Positions 41,808 through 57,600 of a stretch of DNA of 64,000 nt are shown piece after piece. Origin of the DNA: Eledone cirrhosa. Taxonomy: Eukaryota. The notes under the pieces were generated by a model. The model did not search any database, was not told the DNA's origin, and was given only the letters and a program-made list of their open reading frames with translations. Made by a program: the position numbers and the translations under genes. Location: NCBI GenBank assembly GCA_964016885.1, contig OZ024742.1, positions 137,020,001 to 137,084,000 of the forward strand, read 5' to 3'. Positions within the stretch are counted from its first letter, which is position 1; each line of letters starts with the position of its first letter.

Positions 41808-42839
41808 CTCTCAGACTAATATAATTATTTGCATTATTTGCTTAATATATTGGCATCCTTTACTTAAATAGCCATCAATTTACACTGCAGATATTATAAC
41901 TTAAAATTTTTCCAAACCCTCACGAGATATGTTATTAGTTCAGTGGCATAGCGTAATTAAATACTAAAATGAGAAAAGTATATCATCCGGGTTTATATGC
42001 AAAGTTGGGCTCATGTTGGGATGTAATTACACATGTTTTCTTAATATTCCTTGTTCATCAGGCTTATATGCTATTGAATATAGTAATTCAGCATTTCTAT
42101 TTCTTTCCATATACTCGAAGCACCGATCTTTGAGCTAACCAAACGCTTGTGAACTATAATGGATTTTCCATCGATTTCGAAGAAGAATACTCGGTTGTTC
42201 GATCAACTGAACGCTCTGAAATAAGGTGTAGGTGGTTGAATATTTCAAGTGAACGCTTAACGGAATTCCCAAGCCGAGTCAACCAGATACGATATGTAAC
42301 ATGGTTAAATTTTTAAATTATAAGTACTGTTCATTCGATGGAGTTACAAGTCGCCTCCACCTACCCAATTCCTCTAATAACGATAGGGTCCACCAGACTC
42401 TATGGTAAAGAGATTTGCCTAAGATGTAACTTAGTGTGATAGCATTTTTGACATCATATGTGTGAAGCGAGCGTCTTAACTACTCTACTATAGTTTCGTC
42501 CATTTCTTCTGAAACTGCTTGCATCACTAAGCTATACGAGATGCCTGGATACTTCACCAGTGAAGATTAACTCCTAACCCCTGGAATAGTGATCTTATAC
42601 AAATTGTAAAAGAAAATGAGGCACTTTCAAACTGATTGGTATAAGACTAATGGTTATTTCTTTTCGTTTTTCTAATGACATTATATGCATAATAAAAATG
42701 AAAAAAGCGCAATCAGAAAAATATAATTTTTCTCTAGATAAGCTCTGCAGAAATACCCAAATATTTATGTCATGTCCATTTATGTAAAAACATCCACTGG
42801 TTAACCAAGATATATTGTAGTCATTTTTATATACAAGTT

Positions 42840-42891
<52 letters not shown>

Positions 42892-43088
42892 CATTTACAT
42901 ATATGTGTGTGTGGGGGGGGGGGAGGTTGGCCTACTAATCTGTGTGTTTTATCTTTTTTCATTGTTTGATACTTTCCTCTATAAATGTGTATCTATTGCT
43001 ATATGAATACTTTTGAATTTATATATATATATATATATAGATACACATAGATACACACGCGCACACACATACACGCACACATACATGT

Positions 43089-43146
<58 letters not shown>

Positions 43147-43631
43147 TTCTTTCCTCCTTTCTCTCTCAGTCTTTCTCTTTTTGTTTTTCCCTTGGCCATT
43201 CTCTGTATCTTCGTTCAACATTTGTTAATGGATGGTCAGAAAAAAAGTTAGTTTATCGTTTTATCAATGTCTATATCAATAGTATTATGAAAGGCTATTT
43301 TCTATGGACGTTAAAATGTCAATCCTCTAGAAAAAAAATCACGATTAATAAGATATTAAGGATATTAAATAACGCTTAATTGACGAGAAGAAAAAAAATC
43401 CTAAAATAGTCCAAATAACTCTTCGCTGAAATACCTTCTATGAATGATAAGATGTGTGTGTGTGTGCAATAAAAATCTATAAAGAATATAATCTGTTGAA
43501 AGCAATTAGACGATTGTGTACATATGTGTACATAAACGTACATATACATACATACAGGCAGGCACACAAACCTACACAGTACACAAATAAATACATACCC
43601 GCACTCAATCACAAACACACACACCTATATA

Positions 43632-43726
<95 letters not shown>

Positions 43727-44089
43727 ATGTATGTGTATATTTGTATGTATGTATGTGTGTGTGCATTCATATATATGAATATGTTGAAATATCCGTAGGC
43801 GTGAAAAAGGAAAAGAGAGAAATACTGTTCAATCGGGAAGAGAGCTGATATATTATATTATTTATTTATCTTCATACACGGACCAAAAGCGGTACCTAAG
43901 GTATCAAGGCCCAATATTGACTACACCTTCAGAATACAAGAGGGATCAAAGCTATGACCTCATCTTCGGCGCTTGCACGAATGTGTGTGCGCGTGTGTGT
44001 GTGTGTGTATGGGTGTGTGTGTGTATGTGTGTGTGTGCGGTGTGTGTGTATTGATATCTGATAATACCTCATGTGTCAACGTACTACAA

Positions 44090-44300
44090 ATGAAAGTTTA
44101 TACAGAAACTTGCCCAATATAACAATCACAATTGCCCAAAGACGGGTACGATTTGCAGGGTCGTTGCTGGAAAAGTAAGCAGTAAGCACCTATGGTGGAA
44201 ACCAACTCATGATAGTTGCAACAGAGGAAAACCTACTCGAAACACCAACGATCTACTCTCAGATGATACAAATCTTTGTCAGGAACGTTCGACAGTGGTC
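44090..44300 (+). mobile_element. RTE 3' remnant
   Basis: IAQRRVRFAGRCWKSK..LWWKPTH...RGKP, parallel to the 14.3-14.9 kb element. Confidence 0.55.
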
Positions 44301-44696
44301 ACACTGATGATGTCAATACAGATTATAATTAGTTTCCTTAGATTCAGAAAGATTTTGAAAGATATTGATGACATCTACGCCAGCGAAAGAGATACGCATT
44401 TTAAAGCGAAGAGTCAAATGGTTATTTCGACACAAAACGAGTGGTGGCTTAGTTCAGAAAGGATGAAAGTCAACATGTTCCTAGATGCAAATTAATCAAG
44501 TTGGCACACCATGATGCTGGTAATTATGTAGATGGATAGATAAAGAAAGAACTTGTTAGTATGATAAATGAATATTCTAGAAAGGCTTAATACATGCAAG
44601 ACATGCGTAGTTTTATACATACGCTACATATGTATTCCATGTACATAGGTCATGTTATGTATGTCTGTTTGTCTGTCTGCATGTGTGTATCTATGT

Positions 44697-44737
<41 letters not shown>

Positions 44738-45283
44738 ATGCCGTCTCATATACACATATATATATATATCACATGTCTTATATATATATATCACATATCT
44801 TATATATATATATATATGTGTGTATGTGTGTGTGTGTGTATGTGTGTGTGTGTGTGTATGTATGTATATGTGTGTGTGTATATGTGTGCGTATGTATGGC
44901 TGTGCGTGACTGTATTTGTGACTATGTATATGTGTATGTATTTGTGTATACAGGGTCAGATGTCTCATGTCAGCTTAAATATATGAGTCATGTATCCACT
45001 TTAGCAAATATTCTTCCCGTTCATGAATACTTTATATATGTTTAGTGATGCGTCCTACCCCACGCACATTCACCTATAGGCACACACATATATATAAGTG
45101 CGCATATACACAAACGTATATACGCATGAATTCACACATCTGCATAGGCAAAAACTGTATTTACGCCAATATACACGAATATGTAGTTTAACATTACACA
45201 CATGAATATATATATATATATATACTTACTTATACACACATATAACTACACACATGTATATAGTTGTATATAACTATTCACAA

Positions 45284-45344
<61 letters not shown>

Positions 45345-45423
45345 GCTGCTACTGCTGCTTCTGCTACTACTACTACTACTACTACTACTATTACTACTAA
45401 TACTACTACTACTAATACTACTT

Positions 45424-45474
<51 letters not shown>

Positions 45475-45505
45475 ATTCTATTTCTGCTGCTGCTACTACT
45501 ACTTC
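45284..45505. repeat. (TAC)n microsatellite
   Basis: Direct inspection. Confidence 0.95.
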
Positions 45506-45649
45506 TAATAATAAAATAAAACTCCCTTGTACACACACACACGCTCAACCATATATGTTAGGAAACAGCTGATTATTCACTCCGCGACATCCCGGAGTTT
45601 TTCGCCATGTGCGGTCCACCAGGCTATATATATATATATACACACACAA

Positions 45650-45792
<143 letters not shown>

Positions 45793-45856
45793 TCCTGGTT
45801 TCAACTGGGGTTATCCATAGTAAGTAGCGTACTCAGTACATTAGTTGTGTGTAAAC

Positions 45857-45989
45857 ATGTTTAGTTTAGAAATAGCGTCTACACAACTAGAACTGTTCCA
45901 TTCAAAAGAAATCATTACGAAAGACCTTCCTGATGATTTCTTTTGAATGAAACGTTTCTAGTCCTTTAGATGCCATTTCTATACTAAAC

Positions 45990-45991
<2 letters not shown>
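45857..45991. repeat. Imperfect hairpin (~59-bp arms) containing CTGATGA...GAAAC
   Basis: 45857-45915 is the reverse complement of 45933-45991. Confidence 0.7.
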
Positions 45992-46040
<49 letters not shown>

Positions 46041-46134
46041 GTAGAACACTGGAAGGTAATGTCGTAGTGGTAGAGCACTCAGTCCATGGGACGAGTTAGG
46101 TAGAAGTGGTTACACAACAGTTAATTCACCATAC

Positions 46135-46172
46135 CGAGAACAATTGTTTCACCTTACCGGATCCTCAGCTCG
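46135..46172 (-). ncRNA. Minimal hammerhead ribozyme
   Basis: Minus: cgag-CTGAGGA-tcc ggtaa ggt-GAAAC-aatt-GTT-ctcg. Confidence 0.75.
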
Positions 46173-46225
46173 TAATGGGCATGATTATACGGGTCATGGT
46201 TATACGGAACAGGAAGGACAACCGT

Positions 46226-46376
46226 ACCTATCTATAACGGATACCACTATTTTCACTTTGTACATGGTTATATGATGTTGCATATCACATACGTGTCTTG
46301 TACTTTTAGACATCTGATATGCAACATCATATAACCATGTACAAAGTGAAAATAGTGGTATGCGTTATAGATAGGT
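46226..46376. repeat. Near-perfect inverted repeat (~62-bp arms)
   Basis: 46226-46287 is the reverse complement of 46315-46376. Confidence 0.9.
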
Positions 46377-46704
46377 TGAATACTTCAAAATATGGTTCAC
46401 CTTCCCCACCTTACTGACAGAATTACCAAAGTAACGGCGTCTTGGGACAATGTAAAGGGAGACTTTCTGAGCCGGTGTCGAACTTCCAAAGCCAATTAGA
46501 TGTATAATCTTATAAATATGCAAAATAACGCACCCCACATATATATATATTTACATACATATAATCATTTACATACATATTCATTTACATACATATTTAT
46601 ATACATATACATCCATATAAATAGTTAGTTACATGCACACACAAACATGTGTATGTATCTATGTATGTACACATGTATGTGTGTGTGTGTATGTTTGTGT
46701 CGGT

Positions 46705-46737
<33 letters not shown>

Positions 46738-46799
46738 TTTCCAAAGTAGTATTCTAATATTTGTGTATTTATGTGTGTTTGCTTATGTGTGTGCGTATG

Positions 46800-46864
<65 letters not shown>

Positions 46865-47253
46865 CGCAAAAAACTTATATTAGTAACGTACAGACAAATT
46901 ATTTTTGTAAACGAAATGAAGCCATTTCTAATGCATCCATAGATAAAATTTACACACTCATACATACATATATGGAAATAGTTAGGCACATATACACATA
47001 CATACACACCCGTGCCCACTTCTATATAATCGCTCATCGCCCCAAAATATAAACGCTAAAGCACTTACTGCGAGCATATAACTGAACCGTCTATAAATTA
47101 AGCTCTTATTACTTATTTATAGACGGAAACCCTGGGGGCACTGGATATTTTTGAGAACAAGCGTGATCGGGCAATTTCCGAATCAATGCATCAACACATA
47201 CATGCAATTATATATGTACACACACGCGCACAGACACATAAACACATACACGT

Positions 47254-47306
<53 letters not shown>

Positions 47307-47690
47307 ATATGATATATATATGTGTGTGTATATATATATAAAAAGCTATCTAACACTATCCTTACATACACATGCTTGTTATTCATTCATACACTCTGGT
47401 TGCGCACGCACACACAAACATACAGACATACGCATATACAAACGCACATGCACACACAAAAGAGCGCACTCACACATGGAATGGAAGAATAGATAATTTT
47501 ATGTGAACACCTAATATTAAGATCGATATTAAATAGGAGAGATATTTTCCCTACGCCCTCTTGTCCGGCCGTCTACTTAAAGCGTATCTATCTATATATC
47601 TATCCATCTATGTATTTACCTGTCTCTTTCACACACATATATATATATACACTTACATATATATGTACTTATATATTTATATATTTATAT

Positions 47691-47795
<105 letters not shown>

Positions 47796-48502
47796 TATTT
47801 AGTCCAGAATTAGCCGTCGAAACGGCTTGAGCTCAGCCGTCGGGGTCCTACTCGTTCCTATTACCCACTCTACTACCCTAAGTATTGAGTACTTTGGTTC
47901 GTTATGGTCCACTTGGTTCCTTACAACATTTCCTTCGTTATATATATATATATATATATACGTGACTTGATTACTGTCATCTCTACAGTATACATGCTTA
48001 TGAGGCCTGGATTACATACCGAAAGTATATAAAGCAACTAGAGCGCTTTCACCCGCAGTGGCTTCATCGAATCTTGGTTCTACATTGGAGGGTGTTTGTG
48101 AGTTATGTGAAGAAGGGCTTCAAAGTGGAATTGCCAGGAAGCGTTGTAGACCAAAGAGAGCTGACATGCAATGTATATAGAAGAGCCTGCTTCAGGAAAG
48201 TTAGATTAAAGATTCACAAAAGGTGCCATGTAAAAATGGCTGATGTAGATTACGTGGGTGTGCATGGTATAACAATCGTCCATCAATGTGTTAAAGTCTG
48301 TCAATCAGTAGGAAGCCTGTGACTGTACATAGCAACCAGCCACCGATTTTTCTTGCCAAACACCACCAGGTCTGTTACCTCTGTACTATAGAAGGTAGGG
48401 CTCTTCCTTGTCTAAAAGCCACATCAGTGCAACACACATGGAGAAGCGTGTTTGAAAATTCAAGCGATGGCTATTCTCGAGCGCGATGTAGCTGCCATCA
48501 TT

Positions 48503-48543
<41 letters not shown>

Positions 48544-49338
48544 TTTTGTTTTGTGGGGGGACATGTGTTTGTTGTGTGTGTGTGTATGTATGTACGTATA
48601 TGCATATAAATATGTAAAGAGTGTGGGGAACAGAAACCCTTTCCGACATTATACCATCTAACCAATATATAAAATACACATCTAACTTTGTTGTATTTGG
48701 TGAAGGTCATGTTGCCAGTATTGCTAATAAAAAGGAAACTCAAGCACCATATGATTTTCACTTTATCGTTATGATTAATTATTAGTTAGTTCATTAAAGT
48801 TCTTTTCTCATACAATCTGTGACCTTCTCAATGAGTGAGTTCTCTTTTTTGCTTCCTCTTCTTTCTGGTCCACACGATTTCCCACCAAGAATCTTGCAAA
48901 ACAAATACGTAAACGTAAAAATAACATTTGTTTTTCTCTATCTAAATTTGGTCATTTTACATTGAAACATCCCTCATAAATATCCATCACCCATGAGATT
49001 TAAGTAGTTCAAAACTTCACCATTGTTTTCATTAGTTGATTTATAATGCAAGGTCTAATGCTTATTGCATTATCTTTAGTTCCAAAGGAGCCAAAAATAA
49101 AACACACAGAAAAACAACAAACAACCAACAGCAAAGACAAAACAACTTATATAATTTATATTGGGGTTATTTCATTACTTAGGGAGTTTCAAAGTCTACA
49201 ATGAATGTCCTCATAAAATTACACGTTGAATCACAGTTAACAGAAGTTTTCAGCCCAATACCTTTCATTTTACAGAATATAATACACTCACATACATTTA
49301 CACAGAAATGCAAACACATTCACACGCACATACACACA

Positions 49339-49375
<37 letters not shown>

Positions 49376-49385
49376 CCATGCCATT

Positions 49386-49425
49386 CCAAGCTGAGGATCC
49401 GCTAAGGGGAAACAATTGTTCTCGG
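49386..49425 (+). ncRNA. Minimal hammerhead ribozyme, same family as 46135-46172
   Basis: ccaag-CTGAGGA-tcc gctaa ggg-GAAAC-aatt-GTT-ctcgg within an ~86-bp unit (49375-49460) between microsatellites. Confidence 0.75.
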
Positions 49426-49462
49426 CGGTATGGTGAACTAACTGTTGTGTAACCACTTCTAC

Positions 49463-49573
<111 letters not shown>

Positions 49574-49592
49574 TATAGATAGATAGATAGAT

Positions 49593-49664
<72 letters not shown>

Positions 49665-50678
49665 TTCGTTTTTAATTTGTTTTAGAAAGATTTCTTATCG
49701 GAAAACGTCTGTTGAAACAGATATTGTTATACTTTGGGAGGTCATGCTGTCAATAAAAACACAGGCACCTGATAGTTTTCACTTAAATTTATTATAGATT
49801 TCCGGGTGGTTCTTTGCTTTGTTTTAATAACCGGATGGATGTTTATATATTATCAATTTGAACTCACATCATAAAGGGCCGTAACTCTTTGCTGAAAAGT
49901 TGAATATATCATGCATATTAGTAGTTTCATTTTACAGTGCTTTGCTATTTGTGTTTGTTTATGTATAATGAAACCTATAGTAATTCTCGGATAATAGAAC
50001 CGTTTGTATACACGCACACGCACATACACGCATACATCCACGCACTCACATACATCTAAGCATGCATGTAGATTTGGATGGATGGATGGATGGATGGAAG
50101 GCTGTATACACTTTTATATCGCCTTGGTCATTGTGTATATTTCTTCAATGTTGTTCTTCTCAGTTCCTTATTTGTTTAGTTTATGTTTACCTTCATAACG
50201 ATAGTCGTACCCGTAGGAATAGGAAGAACAATAAAAAAAAACGTTGAATATAACCATACGTTCCTACAGAAGAAGTATTGATAGACTATTCCAATCAATG
50301 CATCTAGTAAAGGTAAATGCAATACAACTGACATAGTTTATGTTAACAAAAAAAACATATTTACTGGTGAGGAGGTCAGATGTACAACGGGTGCTGATAT
50401 TCCATTCAAAATAGGGATAATTAAGAGTATATGTGTGTAAAACGGTGTGAAATCCTCTAACATCCCTAGGAAGATTTCAATTCACATATCTTCACAAAAT
50501 TATTTGTGGTTGCATTCGCTTATATAAGTAAATATTTTAAGTATGAATCTTGAAATTTGATATCTTCAGGCAGATAAAGCGACTTTTCAATATATATTTC
50601 GTAAATTCATTGAAACCATAAGACTAATCTGAAGTTAAGAATTGCTCTCTTTATTTTGCACAAGCAGTTGCATTATTT

Positions 50679-50850
50679 TGGCAGTATCGTTAGAGGGTCG
50701 GACGCCATGCTTTCCAGCATAGTTACGTCTCTTTACGATCTGAGTTCAAATCCCGCCGAGGTTGACTTTGCTTTTCATCCTTACGGGTTCGATAAAATAA
50801 AGTAATGCACTGGGTAATTGCCGGCCTTGTGCCTAAAGTAGAAACAATTA
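50679..50850 (+). mobile_element. SINE family A
   Basis: Matches the family A consensus. Confidence 0.85.
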
Positions 50851-51512
50851 TTTATAAATACATATGTACAGTTAAACAAGCATGTAGCCATACATATAAC
50901 CAAGCGTACATACTTACATACAACCTAGGGTATATACATACATACACAAATGCATACATACATATAAACATACATTCATACATTCATAAATACATGCATA
51001 CATACATGCGTTTATGCATTCATAGATATATTCATACATAAATACATACGTACATACATACATACATACACACATCTAAAATACATACATACATACATAC
51101 ATACATACATACATACATACATACATACATACATACATACATACACACATCTAAAATGATTTTCCTGACGGTTAAACAAAAAGCATACCAGAACCATAAT
51201 TCATCAGCAGCATTAAAAATATGGAGTACTTGTGGAACACTTCCATAAAAGAGCAAACTTGTGCAAACCCATAGATTTTGATTTTATTATGGAAGAAATG
51301 CTTATTTGTAGATAATATCAGAGGTGTAATTATCTATGTAATCACAGACTTCAACAAAACATTGACAGTATGAGGTTTTCCAAGAAAGAACAAAGCAAAC
51401 TCTTTTGCATCTTCGATCTCAATATGAAATCGATTAGTAATACAATGGCGGTTTATAAAACATACTAAAGATACTCTGTTTCAGAAAATATTTGGATGGG
51501 ATACGTATATTT

Positions 51513-51583
<71 letters not shown>

Positions 51584-52068
51584 GTAACGGCGATGAATTA
51601 GTTTTGCGAGGTTTTTTATATGAAATCGTGTGTCGAAACAAATATTGTTATACTTGGTGAGGGTCATATCTGTGTAATAATATTGCCAGAATTAATAACA
51701 GAACACACTCACTGTTTGGTTGGTTTTCGCTTCTGTGTCTTTTATATCGGTCAATTTAATTTATTCCGTCCTCACTGTTACCATTGATTGACCAACGGTC
51801 AAAAATACAGATATAATATAGACACAAACACATATATATAGTCTAACAAAGTACTTTCGTTGCACATCTGCAACATCGTCAGTGGTGCTATTATGTTTCC
51901 TCCCGTTGAGGACCGAATAAATTAAATTGACCGATGTCAATATTATTCTGGCAATATTATTACACAAATATGACCCTCCTCATATATATATATGAAGATC
52001 CGTTAAGGGTGAAAGCAGCAATTCTTTGCTTAAACTTTAATCTGTTATTTTAATAAATATATATATCG

Positions 52069-52154
<86 letters not shown>

Positions 52155-52184
52155 TGTGTGTGTGTATGTATGTACATACATAAT

Positions 52185-52402
52185 GGTTTCTTATATAGGC
52201 ACAAGGCCAGTAATTTGGGGGGCGGGGAAAGTCGATTAAATCGACCCAGTGCGTGACTGGTACTTTATTTTATCGACCCCATAAGGATGAAAGGCAAAGT
52301 TAACCTCGTCGGCGGGATTTGAACTCAGATCATAAAGAACCGTAACTCTATGCTGCAAAGCATGGCGTCCGACCCTCTACCGATACTGCCAATCCACCGC
52401 CC
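52185..52402 (-). mobile_element. SINE family A, long variant
   Basis: Reverse complement including the gtcgatttaatcgactttcccc segment also seen at ~12470. Confidence 0.85.
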
Positions 52403-53414
52403 TTGTACATACATAATGCACACATGTACCTTCAAGCAAGAGTCCTGGGATACGTGGAAATGTATTGGGAGCTTATTGAGTAAATTGTGGCATATCTATT
52501 GGAAAAGTTTGGGATGATTGTGTAGTTAAGTATTTCATTTCGTTATAAGAATTCCCTGGAATCGAACTCACTGCGTCGTATCTTGGCCAGGTGTTATTTT
52601 TATCATAACCTCGAGACAATCTAAGAATTGTGAATGAAATTAGATTAACGGAAACTGTGTAGAAGTCTGGCAGTTGGATTGTACATCTAATTATTTAATT
52701 GTACCTGTATAATGTTGTCATAATATGCTACCCTGATTTTGCCTGAGATTTGTACTAAAGTTACAAGTATCTGTAGAATATTCTTTCCCGTATACATCAA
52801 TTTAACGAGACAGGAGTTCAGTTGATCAAGCAACTGAAAGCTCATCATCGATACCGACGAAGGAACATAGAACCTAGTGAAAAACACTAGAGGTTTGATT
52901 TGGCAGCTGAACATCACAAAACAAGACCAGTATGAAATATATTACACTGTTCTGGAAAACGCCCCAAAGCATTTCTTAAGCAATATGTTCGCACATTCCT
53001 TATGCATTATAACAAAATATTAATATACGAATCTCACGTGTAATCACTTAACGACCCATAGTCTTCTCATTCATCAAAATATTCAATACCCCAGGCTAAA
53101 TATTACTAACTAATAGCCCGTCAAAACATCATATATAATGTATGGAGTGAGTGTCTCAATCTGTTATTGCAATATCATTGCATTACCAATAGTATTGTAA
53201 CTACTGGGCAATGAAGGGGAAAGAGGGGTTATGAGGCTATATAAGATAACCTAATTATTCACAATGTGATCAAATGAAAAATAATCACTTCTCAGAACGG
53301 CTGTAACATGGATGTATTGTGATGTCACTATCAGAAATCATTTTGAAAATTGTACCATTTGGCTGGATTGTGAACATTATACAATTATGCAAAGTCCTGT
53401 AGATATTATACTGG

Positions 53415-53694
53415 AGGCTCGTGGCGTAGTGTTAAGTGTATTGAACTTGAGATCATAATGTCGTGAGTTTGATTTCTGGACTGGGTTGTCTGATGCATTG
53501 TTGAACAAAACACATCGTTTGTCGTTGCTCTATTATACTCAGCTGAAAATGAGTACCAGCAATAGCTGGAGGCTTAAAACTGCGATGGACTGGCGTTTTC
53601 TTTAGGGAAGGGAGTCTTGTCTCTCAGTCGCTTAATGCCACGAAAACCGGGATAAGCACCAATCTGATGAGCCTCCGGTCTCTGGACAGACTTT
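53415..53694 (+). mobile_element. SINE family B, full length
   Basis: Starts ggaggctcgtggcgtagtg; tRNA-like head, gcgatggactggcg core and gacagacttt end. Confidence 0.75.
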
Positions 53695-54699
53695 AGACAT
53701 TAAACTACAAATATAGTAACTACTATTCGTCGACTAACGAAAACATATTAAACCAATATACTTCTATGAGAAGACTGAAATATGGGAATAATCATTTCCA
53801 TACTGTCAATGATTCTAATAACTGCCTATAGTATTCTATATTACATAAACTTTAATATACATTTTTATTATGTCTCTCATATATCCCATGGCTATAAATA
53901 AATCCTTTTTAATTATTCAAACGAACATTTATTTTACATAACATAACATTATATTTTCGCTCCAGTATACAAATAACAAAAAATGTTACTTGTATACAAC
54001 AGTATACAACAATAAAAAATGGCAAGTTTTGGAAGTCAGTTGCTCACATGTTGAACAAAACATATTAGGGCAAAACGTATGGAAAACAGACAATGCACAG
54101 ACTTTGTAAATTGAATACCCAAAATATTGTTTCAACTAAATAATAATGATTATTGGAGTAAGAGAATGTAGATAAAACCACATGTTTAAAAGAATGCCTG
54201 AAATTGGATTCTTGGGAAATGAATATAGCTCTAGAATTAATTTGCTAAAATAATTACCATATACGTGACTATACATGCAGTACTTTTTACTTAAATCAAT
54301 GTGTAAAGATTGGCAAAATGAATTATTGTTTTTGTTAATGTTAAACATACATACACACACACATAGATAAATCAATTCATACATTTATATATGATGGCTG
54401 CCCCCTCGTTATCGAGTATGGCCATTGCACGAGAAGAAAAAAAAGAATAATAATAATGATAAATAAATAAAAAGAAAATAAAAAAAAGAAAAAAAAAAAA
54501 TATATATATATATATACATACACATATACACACATACACACATACACACATACACACACACATACATTAATAACAATAATAATAATAATAATAATAACAA
54601 CAATAATAATAACGACAACAACAATAATAATATACATATACATATATATATACACACACACGCACACACATAAGCATATCTACACACACACACACACAC

Positions 54700-57600
54700 G
54701 ATAGCAACTAACAGCGCTGCGATCGAATGTGGATTTTTAGCCCAGCCAATGATCTAAAATGTCTTGCACAGAGTCGGCAACCAAAACATTTACTGGGAAT
54801 AGTCGGCTGTGGTTGGAGTTCGTGTACTTTTGCATGTCGCTTGAGCCCTCCTGCTGATTTACATTCTCTACCACATGTTTGGCAAGCATGATGAGTAGCA
54901 TCTCCAACAGCAGCCTGGTAGTCAACCACTGGTCTTACTTTATGACTGCGAAGATGACTTTCGAGTCCAGCTTTGCTTAGGCAGAGTCTCGCACATACGC
55001 TGCATGTCAGCACCATAGGAGGACCCTCGACGCCTGGAAGTGCTACAGCAATGCCCTTCCTCACATCCCGCTTTACTTTCTCGTATGCGATTCGAGATGC
55101 CTCAAAGGCAACTTTTCCCTCATATACAGTCTTTCTCCATTTATTACGATCAGCAGCAATATTCTCCCATGTATCAGCAGAGATGTTAGCGTCTTTCAGA
55201 GAGGCTTTCAAGGAATGCTTATACCTCTTTTTTGGTTTATGTGGCGGTCGTTTTCCTTTAACCAACTTTCCATAAAAGAGTTGTTTTGGTATTCTAGAAT
55301 CCTTCATCCTGGCAAGGTGCCACTCCAACGGAGTCGTTGCTTAAGCACAAGAGCTTCTATACTGTCACACATAGAGCTTTCCAAAATCTCAACATCAGTG
55401 ATGTGGTCCCTCCAGCGAACGCCATGGATCCGTCTGAGACACATCTGATGGAAACGCTCCAATTGCTTAAGGTGGTATCGATATGTGACCCAGGTCTCGC
55501 AGGCATAAAGAAGACAAGAGAGCACGCATGCCCTGTACACCTTTACCTTTGTCCTCCTGCATATGTCTCGCCGACCCCAGAGTCACCTTTCTAGCTTTCC
55601 GAAAGCATCACTTGCTTTCCTAATCCTAAGTGAGATTTTACTGTCAAGGTTGCTGTATCGATTGACAGTGCTTCCCAGGTAGACAAACTGATCAACCACT
55701 CCAAGTCGTTTGCCATACACATAGATGTTTGGTTCAGTGTACTGCCTACCAGGGGCAGGTTGGTACATGACGACGGTTTTCTTGAGACTGACAGTCAGAC
55801 CTAGGGCAGTGCAAGCGCCAGAAAATGCATTCAAAATGTGCTGCATATCACTCTCTGTGTGCGCTACAAGATCGCAATCATCTGCAAACAAGAGGTCTCT
55901 TATGATTGATGTAAATACTTTTGTCTTCGCAGCAAAGCGCCTGATGTTAAATATGCTGCCTGAGGTTCGATATCGGATGTAAACACCATGCTCTCAATTC
56001 CTGAATGCAATACAGAAAACCATTGCAAAGTATATGGCAAACAGGGTCGGTGCTGGAATATCCCTGTTTCACTCCATTTTTTACTGAGATAGGCTCCGAC
56101 ATGTTACCCCCTACATTAACCCAAGCCTTCATGTCGTCATGGAAAGACCTAACAAAAGCAAGGAACTTATCAGGGCAACCAAGTTTCTGGAGAACATTCC
56201 ATAATGCATCTCTGTTAACAGTATCGAAAGCTTTTGTCAGATCGACAAAAACCTGATACAGATCCAAGCCTTGTTCCATGCACTTCTCCTGGAGCTGTCT
56301 AGCTGAGAAGATCATATCAGTAGTGCCGCGTCCAGCAGGAAAACCAGATTGACTTTCAGGAAGAACACAATCTGCAATGTGTGTCAGCAGACGGTCCAGA
56401 AGTACCCTACATAAAACTTTCCCTACGACAAAAAGCAATGATATACCTCTGTAGTTCCGACAATCGTTCCTGTTACCCTTTCCCTTGTACAAGACCACCA
56501 TTACTGCATCTCTCCAGTCCTCAGGTACGGATTCATTAGCCCATATCCTGCCAAACAAAGAGTGAAGATGTTGCAGGAGTCTCTCGCCACCATATTGTAG
56601 GAGCTCAGCATGTATGCCATCCATACCTGGAGATATTCCACTGTTCAGCTTCGAAATAGCCACTGCAACCTCCACAAGCGTCGGAGGTTCTGCGAGAGCT
56701 ACTTTCACAGGACTTTCTGGAATGAGATTGAGGAAATCTTCACTGACGACAGACGGCTGATTCAAAAGATCCTCAAAGTGCTCTCCCCACCTTCGTAGAA
56801 TTCCTTGTGAGTCACGAAGAAGTTCTTTGCCATCCTTGCTGCGAAGCGGTGTCACCAGAGAAGAAGACGGTCCATAAACCTCACGCAAGAGACTGTACTA
56901 CAGCTTTGTGTTATTGGAATCAGACGCAGTTTGTATCTCACCAGCCTTCTCACTCCACCACTGATCTTTCATCTGAGAAAGGCCCCGCCTAACACGTGAT
57001 TTTACATCCCTGAGTTCCTCATGCAACGTATTCCTCTCCTGTGGTTTTGCCGTCAAGTAGCGTGACAGAGCACGCCTCTTATCAGCCAACAAGTCTTCTA
57101 TATGTACATCATTCTCATCAAACCAGTCCTGATGTTTCCTCTGCGCCAATCCCAGAACACGCCTGCCTACATCATAAACCGACTTTTTAAGGGTCGGCCA
57201 ATCCTCACCAAGATCTGCAGCCTGCATCTCTTCTTCCAATGTCCTCTTCACATTTTTATCCTTAAGACGAGCAGCATTCAATCTTTTGTGCAGGGCAACA
57301 CCGGGAGCCCGGATTTTACGTTTAGTGATTAGTTTCACTTTTGCGCGTACCAGGCGGTGGTCCGTCCAGCACTCAGCTCCACGAAGAACACGAACACACT
57401 GCACATCCTGTCTGTCACGCATCCTGACTAGGACGTAGTCCAAAAGATGCCATTCCTTAGATGCAGGATGCATCCATGTGGTCTTGAATTTGTTCTTTTG
57501 TTGGAACATGGTGTTGGTAACACACAGATCCAGCTCCTCACATATCTGCAGCAGGATCATACCATTGCTGTTACACTTTCCCACCCCATGCCTTCCGATT

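Noticed and set aside
47990-48490. cttatgagg..ccgaaagta motif and the following GC-richer block with short ORFs
   Set aside because: Fold too weak and no recognisable protein motif.
53635-53694. gaaa.ccgggataagc...ctgatgagcc in SINE family B tails, resembling a permuted hammerhead
   Set aside because: Stems I and III cannot be formed, and CTGATGA is not conserved across copies (ccgatga, gtgatga).
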